Below are positions 22,897 through 30,460 of a DNA stretch of 53,152 nt, piece by piece. The notes under the pieces were generated by a model that worked only from the letters and a program-made list of their open reading frames with translations, had not been told where the DNA came from and searched no databases. This DNA is from a virus, in the IMG/VR virus record IMGVR_UViG_3300029118_000008, one strand, 5' to 3'. Numbering within the stretch: the stretch's first letter is position 1; every line of letters begins with the position of its first letter. The position numbers were made by a program, and so were the translations under genes.

Positions 22897-23115
22897 ATGC
22901 GTAAAGAGTATTACCAAGGGGACATTTCCGTCCGCGCGATGAAGAAGTACCGCGAAAAAGAAGGAATCAAGACGGTGCGCTTCGACGTTCGCGCTGGGAG
23001 CAAAGAGGCGCTGGAAGAAGAAGCAAAGCGCCGCGGTATCTCGGTGGCGCAGCTAATCGTTGATTCCGTAAACGCTTATGTCGGGCGTGCGATAATTACC
23101 AACAGAAAACAATAA
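22897..23115 (+). CDS. RHH-like small DNA-binding protein (Aca-like position)
   Basis: KTVRFDVRAGSKEALEEEAKRRGISVAQLIVDSVNAYV fits a strand-helix-helix pattern. It has its own TTGCAA-N17-TACAAT promoter upstream and a terminator follows. Confidence 0.45.
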   Translation: MRKEYYQGDISVRAMKKYREKEGIKTVRFDVRAGSKEALEEEAKRRGISVAQLIVDSVNAYVGRAIITNRKQ

Positions 23116-23123
23116 TAGCATGG

Positions 23124-23150
23124 GGCGCATCCGCTGGGGTGCGCCTTTTT
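23124..23150 (+). terminator. Rho-independent terminator
   Basis: GGCGCA-tccgctgggg-TGCGCC followed by TTTTT. Confidence 0.7.
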
Positions 23151-23164
23151 CGTTGCGCAAAAAG

Positions 23165-23284
23165 TTTGCAAAAATCGCAAAAAAAATGTGATTTGCCTCT
23201 TGACATATACGGCAGTATATGCTATAATAATAGTGTCAGGAGGGCGGTACAAATAAAAGCCCCCGACAGAAAGAGGTAAGAATT
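23165..23284 (+). promoter_or_regulatory. Cassette copy 3: upstream element + perfect promoter + conserved leader
   Basis: tttgcaaaaatcgcaaaaaaaatgtgatttgcc. TTGACA at 23200-05, N17, TATAAT at 23223-28. Leader aatagtgtcaggagggcggtacaaataaaagcccccgacagaaagaggtaag. Confidence 0.7.
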
Positions 23285-23494
23285 ATGAAGTTCGCGAGCA
23301 TCAAGAAGGGCATCCGCATCACCGAGGAAATGAAAAAGAAGCTGGCAGCCAATTGGTTCTGCGAAACGAAAACGTACTGCTACGAGTTGCAGTACGGGGA
23401 CGAAACGATGGATGGCGACTACGAGCGCAGCATCGTTCGCTGGAAGAAAGGCGAAGAGTACAAGCCTTCCGAAGTCGTTGCAACGCTGGCGTGA
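23285..23494 (+). CDS. Small orphan protein (69 aa)
   Basis: First gene behind cassette copy 3. Confidence 0.55.
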   Translation: MKFASIKKGIRITEEMKKKLAANWFCETKTYCYELQYGDETMDGDYERSIVRWKKGEEYKPSEVVATLA

Positions 23495-23516
23495 ACAGGA
23501 AGGAGGAGCAAGCACC

Positions 23517-23828
23517 ATGTCAAACGAAGAAATCATCGCCAAGTCCGCCATCAGCGCGGGCATCTTCTCCGAAGAGGAAGCCGCAGCCTACATCATGAAC
23601 GGGTTGCGCCTCCCGATTCACACCTTCGCCGAGTGGAAGAATCACGGGTACATGGTTAAAAAGGGCGAACACGCCGCGCTGGTCGTGAGCATCTGGAAGC
23701 CCAAGACGCGCAAGCAGAAGAAGGACGACGAAAAGAACGTTGACGCAAAGGAAGAAAATAGCGGGTTCTTCATGACGACCGCCTACTTGTTCACCAAGCA
23801 GCAGGTGGAAGCAATCAAGCCCGCATAA
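23517..23828 (+). CDS. ArdC-N-terminal-like (ssDNA-binding, anti-restriction-type) protein
   Basis: PIHTFAEWKNHGYMVKKGEHAALVVSIWK resembles the (T/W)FxQWxxxGxxVxKGEK core of the ArdC N-domain. ATG after AGGAAGGAGGAG. Confidence 0.35.
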   Translation: MSNEEIIAKSAISAGIFSEEEAAAYIMNGLRLPIHTFAEWKNHGYMVKKGEHAALVVSIWKPKTRKQKKDDEKNVDAKEENSGFFMTTAYLFTKQQVEAIKPA

Positions 23829-23838
23829 TCGCAACAAA

Positions 23839-23875
23839 ATGCCGCCTGAGAGACGCCGGAGCAATCAGGCGGCAT
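23839..23875 (+). terminator. Perfect 11-bp hairpin (weak U-tail) after the island I operon
   Basis: ATGCCGCCTGA-N15-TCAGGCGGCAT. Confidence 0.35.
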
Positions 23876-24024
23876 AATTATAAGCAAAAACAAGCAAGCC
23901 GTTAGAACACGAAATAGGCGGCATTGCTGGCAATGGCAAAGAAACAAAAACATATAGAAATAAAAAAATGAGAGTTATGAGAGTAATTTCCGTGATATAA
24001 TGTAAAATGTAAAAGCAGCAAGAA

Positions 24025-24056
24025 AGACGCAAGCAGTGATGCAAGCGTCTTTTTTG
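24025..24056 (+). terminator. Hairpin + T-run, near-identical to the terminator after the intron HEG
   Basis: AGACGC-N14-GCGTCT + TTTTT. The string gcgtcttttttgttggaag recurs at 38358-38376. Confidence 0.55.
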
Positions 24057-24169
24057 TTGGAAGAGGCGACTATGGAAGTGCTGCTCTTGCCTCTTCAGCG
24101 GCGGGATTTATGCGCGATGCGCTTTGTTGCGTTGGTGGGGACGCGACGGAAGAAGAGGAGGGAAAACCA

Positions 24170-24679
24170 TTGCTTGACTGGAACGGCATCAAAATCGTCG
24201 AAACGGATTGTATGCTGCCGATTGACCGCGTGAAACCATACGCGAGAAACGCAAAGCGGCATCCGCAGGAGCAAATCGACGAAATCAAGGCAAGCATCAA
24301 GCGGTTCGGAATGGACGACCCCATCGGCATCTGGGGCAAGGAAAACCTGATTGTAGAGGGTCACGGGCGGATGGAAGCGTGCAAGCAGCTCGGCATCCCC
24401 ACAGTGCCGTGCATTCGCCTTGACCACCTGACGAAGGAAGAGCGCAAGGCGTACACACTGGCGCACAACAAAACCAACATGGACAGCGGCTGGGACTTTA
24501 CGGCGCTCGACCAAGAGCTGGCGGAAATCGTTGATATTGACATGAGCGAGTTCGGTTTCGGTGCTTCCGTGGGGGGGCAAGAAGTCAACATTGACGAGCT
24601 GTTTGCGGCAAATGGAGAAGAGAAAAAGAAAACCAAAACTATAACATGTCCTCATTGCGGGCAAACTTTCGAGCCATAA
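24170..24679 (+). CDS. ParB/Srx N-terminal-domain protein with a C-terminal zinc ribbon (DpdB-like position)
   Basis: LPIDRVKPYARNAKRHPQEQIDEIKASIKRFGMDDPI...IVEGHGRMEACKQLG is a ParBc-type pattern. C-terminal ITCPHCGQ. TTG at 24170 after GAGGAGGG. Confidence 0.65.
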   Translation: MLDWNGIKIVETDCMLPIDRVKPYARNAKRHPQEQIDEIKASIKRFGMDDPIGIWGKENLIVEGHGRMEACKQLGIPTVPCIRLDHLTKEERKAYTLAHNKTNMDSGWDFTALDQELAEIVDIDMSEFGFGASVGGQEVNIDELFAANGEEKKKTKTITCPHCGQTFEP

Positions 24680-25518
24680 TGCGAATTTTTCTAGCTGGGG
24701 GGGTATCTGGGAATCTCAAACCGCTATGGGATGATGTTGCAGAAGGGAAAGACTTATCGGAAGCGATGAATGTTTTTTTAGCTGGGAATGCTCCTTATAG
24801 GAATGAAGGCTTATACGATACAACAATCACAACAAACCGCCCATATATTCTCGAATCGTTCTATTACGCAGATGCAACAACAGAAAAGCTCATTCCATAT
24901 TACGGCGACTTTCTATTGGACAGCGGAGCTTTCACATTTATGATGGGAAGCAAAAATTGCAAAACGTTAAAATGGAACGAATATGCTGATAAATACGCTG
25001 ACTTTATTAAGCGAAATAACGCAAAAAAGTACTTCGAGCTTGACATAGACAGCATCGTTGGATATGAGCAAGTAAAAATCCTGCGAAATCGCTTGCAAAA
25101 AACTACTGGCATTCAGCCGATACCCGTATGGCATAAAAGCCGCGGGAAAGACGAATTTTTGCGGATGGTTGACGAGTACAAGTACGTCGCACTCGGTGGA
25201 ATCGTCAGCAAAGAATGGAGCAAAGATGAACACAAATTCTTTCCGTGGTTCATCAATGAAGCGCATAAGCGCAATGCCAAAATCCACGGTTTGGGTTACA
25301 CAAGCCTCGAAGGATTGAAGAAATATCATTTTGATAGCGTAGATTCGACAGCATGGACGACTGGAAATAGATTTGGGTACATTTACAAATTTGATGGTTC
25401 GACTATGAAGAAATATGATGCTCCGCAAGGGCATAGATTAGCAGATTCACGCAAAGCCGCGCTAATTAACTTTGGCGAATGGGTGAAATTTCAAAAATAT
25501 GCGGAGGTGCATTTGTGA
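24679..25518 (+). CDS. dpdA: DpdA-family (tRNA-guanine-transglycosylase-like) DNA 7-deazaguanine transglycosylase
   Basis: FLLDSGAFTFM (TGT catalytic-Asp motif xDSGGF), YVALGGIVS (LGGL-like) and HFDSVDSTAW (FDCV-like). TAATG overlap with the ParB-like gene. Confidence 0.65.
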   Translation: MRIFLAGGVSGNLKPLWDDVAEGKDLSEAMNVFLAGNAPYRNEGLYDTTITTNRPYILESFYYADATTEKLIPYYGDFLLDSGAFTFMMGSKNCKTLKWNEYADKYADFIKRNNAKKYFELDIDSIVGYEQVKILRNRLQKTTGIQPIPVWHKSRGKDEFLRMVDEYKYVALGGIVSKEWSKDEHKFFPWFINEAHKRNAKIHGLGYTSLEGLKKYHFDSVDSTAWTTGNRFGYIYKFDGSTMKKYDAPQGHRLADSRKAALINFGEWVKFQKYAEVHL

Positions 25519-25751
25519 ATTATGAAATCGTCGGAATCATAGCCACCATTGTGGTTTTGCTTTCCTTCACAAAGACAAAATGTGAAAGAATCAGAATCGT
25601 AAATATGGTTGGTGCGGCAATATATTGCCTGTATGGGCATCTAATCAAGTCACCAAGCACGATAATCCTGAACGGTGCATTGATAGCTATACATACATTT
25701 TTTCTCGTTAAGAAAGTGAGGGAACCACATGAAAAACCACAAGACTTCTGA
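25515..25751 (+). CDS. Small 3-TM membrane protein (SemiSWEET/YgjV-like topology)
   Basis: Three hydrophobic helices in 78 aa. GTG at 25515 lies 7 nt after GGAGG and overlaps the dpdA stop (GTGA). Confidence 0.45.
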   Translation: MNYEIVGIIATIVVLLSFTKTKCERIRIVNMVGAAIYCLYGHLIKSPSTIILNGALIAIHTFFLVKKVREPHEKPQDF

Positions 25752-26373
25752 ACTCCAAACGGTTCTTACCGTTACTTTTGTTGCTTGTTTCTTGATTGCA
25801 AACATTCTTGCAGGGAAACAGTTCCAATTGCCATTCGGCATCACGATGACGGGTGCAGTAATAATCTTTCCGATGACGTATATTCTTTCGGATATATTTT
25901 CAGAGGTGTACGGTTATCGGTGGAGCAGATTAACGTGTTACATGGCATTCGGGGCAAATATCCTGATGGCTATTGTATTTGCCATTGCTATCGCGCTTCC
26001 TGCTGCGCCATTCTGGATGAACCAAGAAGGATTTTCCGCGACGTTAGGCAACGCGCCGCGAATCCTGCTTGCGTCGCTGGCGGGATATGTCGTCGGTGAT
26101 TACGCAAACGATATTGTGTTCCAGATAATGAAAAAAAAGCACGAAAACACAATTAAGGGGTTCGGCAGCAGGGCAATTCTTTCAAGCGTTATCGGTGAAC
26201 TCGCAGATAGCACAATTTTCATCCCGATTGCGTTTGCCGGAGAAATGCCTATCGAATCAATGCTTATCATGGGTGCAACACAGGTTATTCTAAAAGTCGC
26301 CTATGAAATCATCATTCTACCACTGACAAATTTTGTTGTCAAGAGGGTATCCGTGCATGAAGCAAGAGCCTGA
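25729..26373 (+). CDS. yhhQ: YhhQ/VUT-family queuosine-precursor (preQ0/preQ1) transporter
   Basis: Polytopic membrane protein. IANILAGKQF...GAVIIFPMTYILSDIFSEVYGYRWSR and ...SSVIGELADSTIFIPIAF match the DUF165/YhhQ family pattern. Confidence 0.7.
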   Translation: MKNHKTSELQTVLTVTFVACFLIANILAGKQFQLPFGITMTGAVIIFPMTYILSDIFSEVYGYRWSRLTCYMAFGANILMAIVFAIAIALPAAPFWMNQEGFSATLGNAPRILLASLAGYVVGDYANDIVFQIMKKKHENTIKGFGSRAILSSVIGELADSTIFIPIAFAGEMPIESMLIMGATQVILKVAYEIIILPLTNFVVKRVSVHEARA

Positions 26374-27106
26374 TTTTAACCTCGACATCCCGGAAATCCA
26401 CCTCCCAGACACAATCGAGCTTGACGACGATATAGACTTCTCCGTCGCTGACTTCTCCATCGTAGACGATGAAGAGCAGACGCGCATCATAAAGCCCAAG
26501 ATGGCAAAGTCGGCAATCTACAACAAGGCGGATTTTCAGCACGCACGCGACCTTGCCGCAAAAATTTGTCTGGAACGCAATGCACGGACTACCTGCATCG
26601 TTCCGGGCAATTTCATTTTTGGCGACTTGCCGGAAGCACTTGTAATGTATCGCGGCATCGACCTCAAAACAATCTACTGCTCAACGTTGTCACTGTCGGA
26701 AAACAACGTGGACAGCTTCAAAAACCTGCTGCTTTTCCGCAACGTGGAGAAAATCAATCTGATGCTATCCGGATACTTCTACAGCCACTACAAAACGGAT
26801 TTAATTCCGTACTTGTATGAGGAATTGGACATAGACAACAAATTGCAAGTGGCGTTCACCAACACACACATGAAAATCCTGCTGATGGAAACGCACAAGG
26901 GGAATCATTATGTGCTGACGGGGAGCGCGAATTTGCGGAGCGCGTCTTGCCTGGAACAATTCGACTTCGAGGAGAACGCGGAGCTGTTCAACTTCTACCG
27001 GGAAGCGTTCGACAACCTCATTGACAAGTACAAAACAATCAACTACACGAAACCAAAAATCGTAAGGGGGAATAAAGCATGGCAAGCGGTTCGGGGCGAG
27101 CGCTAA
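26357..27106 (+). CDS. PLD-superfamily (HKD-motif) protein with an acidic N-terminal tail
   Basis: A single HxK...GSxN motif: HMKILLMETHKGNHYVLTGSANLRS. The N-terminus is D/E-rich. Confidence 0.55.
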   Translation: MKQEPDFNLDIPEIHLPDTIELDDDIDFSVADFSIVDDEEQTRIIKPKMAKSAIYNKADFQHARDLAAKICLERNARTTCIVPGNFIFGDLPEALVMYRGIDLKTIYCSTLSLSENNVDSFKNLLLFRNVEKINLMLSGYFYSHYKTDLIPYLYEELDIDNKLQVAFTNTHMKILLMETHKGNHYVLTGSANLRSASCLEQFDFEENAELFNFYREAFDNLIDKYKTINYTKPKIVRGNKAWQAVRGER

Positions 27107-27213
27107 GAAACGGTTCTGCGCTGGCGAAGAAATCATCTGGCGCATACCAGCGCCGAGTAGCATACACCATCAACCGGCAGACAGGCGAAATCCGCAGGCA
27201 GCCCAAGAGGTGA
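27079..27213 (+). CDS. Possible small basic protein (44 aa; not in the ORF track)
   Basis: My translation: MASGSGRALRNGSALAKKSSGAYQRRVAYTINRQTGEIRRQPKR. ATG lies 8 nt after GGGGG. Confidence 0.25.
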   Translation: MASGSGRALRNGSALAKKSSGAYQRRVAYTINRQTGEIRRQPKR

Positions 27214-27218
27214 CATGA

Positions 27219-27602
27219 ATGCCGAGAGGAACTCATCCTAATAGCCTTGCAAACCTGCAAAAGGGGAAAAGGTTCGGGAGCGGGAAGGACGGGGCGACGA
27301 GTGACGCGAGGAAAGCGCACGAAAAAGCAACGCAGGCGCGCAAAGCAAATTTTACCGTCAAGGAGCTGATGCTCAATCTGCTTGACGAGCCGTTGCAAAA
27401 TGGCGGGACGTTGCGAGAAGCACTTGTGAAACGCACCGTCAAAATGGCAGCAGACGGGAATTTACCCGCTTTTCAGTATATCATGCGGATTATCGGGGAA
27501 GACCCCGGAGACGTTGTGACCGTCAAAGCGCCGCAGTTGTCCGAGGACGCGAAAGCAGACATTGACAAGCTGCTGAAAGAAACGCGGGGAGAAGTAAAAT
27601 GA
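27219..27602 (+). CDS. terS: Terminase small subunit
   Basis: MPRGTHPNSLANLQKGKRFGSG... is a typical TerS N-terminus. Directly upstream of terL with an ATGA overlap. Confidence 0.7.
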   Translation: MPRGTHPNSLANLQKGKRFGSGKDGATSDARKAHEKATQARKANFTVKELMLNLLDEPLQNGGTLREALVKRTVKMAADGNLPAFQYIMRIIGEDPGDVVTVKAPQLSEDAKADIDKLLKETRGEVK

Positions 27603-28870
27603 CGACGCTGACGCGGGATGAAGTGTGGAACATTTGGCGATACCATCCCGCCGCCGTCGGAAGAATGTGCGGATTCCGTGACTTAACGGACGAGCTTCAC
27701 GGACGCTGGATGCAGCACATCATCTTCGGAGCGGACGATTACACGCTTCAAGCGCACCGCCTGTCCTACAAGTCTTCCTGCCTTTCCGTCGCTTTGGCAA
27801 TGTGGTGCGTTCTCAACCACGGAAAAAACGCGATTTTTATGCGAAAAACCGACAGCGACGTTGTGGAGAGCATCGCACAGGCGAAAAAGGTATTCGCGAA
27901 CGAGGCTTTTTGCTACATGGCGCAAATCCTCATGCAGCAGGACGTGACGCTGCTGAAATCTGGCGGCAACTGTATGACGGTGAGCGTGTACGATTCGCCG
28001 CGCGGCGCTGACCAGCTAATCGGCATCGGCTGCGGTTCGTCCATGACGGGCAAGCACGCGGATTTGATTGTATGTGACGACGTTGTAAACCTCAACGACC
28101 GCATCAGCCGCGCAGAACGAGAGCGCACAAAGGGAGTTATCCAGGAGCTGCGAAACATCGTCACCCGCGACGGGCGAATCGTCTTTATCGGCACACCGTG
28201 GCACATCGAGGACGCGTTCACGATGGTTGCACCGCCGGAAAAGCACGACTGCTATTCCACCGGGTTGATTTCGCCGGAGAAGCTGGAAGAGCTGCGGAAA
28301 TCAATGTCGCCGTCGCTGTTTGCCGCGAACTACGAGTTGCGCCACATCGCCGCCGAAAACGCGCTGTTCGACACGCCGCCGACGTTCACGCCGGAGGCGG
28401 AAAAGCTGCGGGACGGCATCGCGCACGTTGATGCTGCCTATGGCGGCGAGGACTACACCGCGCTGACGTGCGCCAAGAGGGACGGTGACACGCTGTACTT
28501 GTACGGGCGTTTGTGGCGCAAGCACGTTGATACGCTGATGGACGCACTGCAATCGGAGACGGATCGCCTCATGTGCGCCCCGATTTACTGCGAGACAAAC
28601 GGCGACAAGGGGTATTTGGCGCGGGAATTGCGCCGCCGAAACATGGCGGTACGCGCGTACCCGGAGAAAATGAACAAGTACCTAAAAATCAGCACATACC
28701 TCAAAAAGTGGTGGGGGAATATCGTGTTTTTGGAAGGAACAGACAGGGACTATATCGCGCAGATTATGGACTACACAGAGGACGCGGAACACGACGACGC
28801 GCCGGACAGCGCCGCGTGCTGCTGCCGGATTCTCGACAGGAGCGGCGCGAGTTTGTATGTTGGGGGGTGA
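27599..28870 (+). CDS. terL: Terminase large subunit
   Basis: Size and position fit. ATPase-like ...KSSCLSVALAMW / ADLIVCDDVVN and a nuclease half IVFIGTPWHIEDAF. Confidence 0.8.
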   Translation: MTTLTRDEVWNIWRYHPAAVGRMCGFRDLTDELHGRWMQHIIFGADDYTLQAHRLSYKSSCLSVALAMWCVLNHGKNAIFMRKTDSDVVESIAQAKKVFANEAFCYMAQILMQQDVTLLKSGGNCMTVSVYDSPRGADQLIGIGCGSSMTGKHADLIVCDDVVNLNDRISRAERERTKGVIQELRNIVTRDGRIVFIGTPWHIEDAFTMVAPPEKHDCYSTGLISPEKLEELRKSMSPSLFAANYELRHIAAENALFDTPPTFTPEAEKLRDGIAHVDAAYGGEDYTALTCAKRDGDTLYLYGRLWRKHVDTLMDALQSETDRLMCAPIYCETNGDKGYLARELRRRNMAVRAYPEKMNKYLKISTYLKKWWGNIVFLEGTDRDYIAQIMDYTEDAEHDDAPDSAACCCRILDRSGASLYVGG

Positions 28871-28875
28871 TATAG

Positions 28876-30348
28876 ATGTTCACAAAAATCACATGGCAGG
28901 ACTGGCAGAACGAGCCGGACAAGGGAAAGGCGACGCTGGCGGTTATTGGTGCATACAAGCACAGCGAGGACTTCGACAAGGCAGGAATCGCGCAACGATA
29001 CTACGAGGCGCGGAACGATACTGTTTCCGCGAAAGTCGTGCTACAAGCGACTACATCGGAGACGGAGCAGATAACCGCCGACGGGAAGAAGGTAAAGAAG
29101 AAAGCGACGGCAACGCAAGCAATCCCCGGACAGCGCATATACAGCGACTTTTTCCGCCGCTTTACAATGCAACAGGCTAATTATCTGCTGGGTAATGGCG
29201 TGGAGCTGGAAAACGACGAGATGAAGGGCAAGCTGGGCGTCGGATTTGATACGACGCTTGCGAAAATCGGACTGTATGCGCTGGTACACGGCGTCTGTTG
29301 GGGGTACTGGAATCTTGACCACGTTGAGATTTTGCGTGCGTACACGGATAAAAACAGCGGATTTGTGGCGCTGCTGGACGAGCTGACGGGCGAACCGATG
29401 GTTGGGGTGCAGTTCTGGCAGATTGGCGACGACAAGCCGCTGATGGCGCGTGTATTCGAGCCGGACGGCGTGACGGTGTACAAAACGCGCGAAAACGCCT
29501 CTGATTTGGAGGTGGCGCAGGAGAAACGCGCCTATAAACGGACATACGCGAGGGACATAACGGGAGAACGCCTTGTGTCCGAGGAAAATTATAGCGCACT
29601 GCCGATTGTGCCGCTGTACGCGAACGACAAGAAGCAGACGGAACTGACGCTGGCGATTCGTTCCAAAATCGACCTGTATGACATCGTACTTTCCGACTTT
29701 GGAAACAATCTGGAGAAAGCGAACGATGTTTACTGGGTGCTGAACAACTTCGGGGGCAACTTCGACGAGGTTGCGCTGATGCTGGAACAGATTCACCGCC
29801 TGAAAGCAATTGCAAACATTTCGGACGGCACGTCATCCAGCACAGTAACGCCGGAGACGTTTGAAGTTCCGTATGCAGCGCGTCAAACCGCGCTGGAATT
29901 GCTGGAACGGCAGCTATATCGCGATTATATGGCGCTGGATGTGTCTGAGCTGACGGGCGGCAGCCTGACGAACGTCGCCATCCGCGCGAGCATGGCTAAC
30001 CTCGATCTCAAGGCGAACGCCTACGAATGGCAGTGCTTTGATTTCGTGCAGAAGTTGCTTCGGATTCTGGGCATTGAGACGGAGACAATCCGTTTTAAGC
30101 GGCAGACGATTGCCAACGAGAGCGAAATCATCCAGAACATCTACACCGCGCAAGGGGATTTGGACAAGGAGACGCGCCTGAAACTCAATCCGATGATTCT
30201 GTCGGAGGAAATCGACGACATCATGAAGCGCGGGGAGGAAGAATCGCTTTTGGGTATGCGTATGGCGCAACAGGCGATGCAGAAGACAGGCGAGGAGGAA
30301 GAAGATGCTGTATCTGATGGTGATTCTTCAAGCGCTGGCGGCGAATAA
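28876..30348 (+). CDS. Portal protein (SPP1 gp6-like)
   Basis: 490 aa immediately after terL, with an acidic C-terminal tail. Confidence 0.75.
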   Translation: MFTKITWQDWQNEPDKGKATLAVIGAYKHSEDFDKAGIAQRYYEARNDTVSAKVVLQATTSETEQITADGKKVKKKATATQAIPGQRIYSDFFRRFTMQQANYLLGNGVELENDEMKGKLGVGFDTTLAKIGLYALVHGVCWGYWNLDHVEILRAYTDKNSGFVALLDELTGEPMVGVQFWQIGDDKPLMARVFEPDGVTVYKTRENASDLEVAQEKRAYKRTYARDITGERLVSEENYSALPIVPLYANDKKQTELTLAIRSKIDLYDIVLSDFGNNLEKANDVYWVLNNFGGNFDEVALMLEQIHRLKAIANISDGTSSSTVTPETFEVPYAARQTALELLERQLYRDYMALDVSELTGGSLTNVAIRASMANLDLKANAYEWQCFDFVQKLLRILGIETETIRFKRQTIANESEIIQNIYTAQGDLDKETRLKLNPMILSEEIDDIMKRGEEESLLGMRMAQQAMQKTGEEEEDAVSDGDSSSAGGE

Positions 30349-30460
30349 CGTCATCGTTCCGGACTGGCTCTTGTGCATCGGCTGGTGGATTGTAGCGGTT
30401 CGACTTGTCTTGCGCATCCTGATTGCATTTTTTGACGCTGGGGAGACGGGCAAGCCGTGA
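30305..30460 (+). CDS. Possible small membrane protein (51 aa; not in the ORF track)
   Basis: My translation: MLYLMVILQALAANNVIVPDWLLCIGWWIVAVRLVLRILIAFFDAGETGKP. Bridges the portal and MuF-like genes. Confidence 0.3.
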   Translation: MLYLMVILQALAANNVIVPDWLLCIGWWIVAVRLVLRILIAFFDAGETGKP

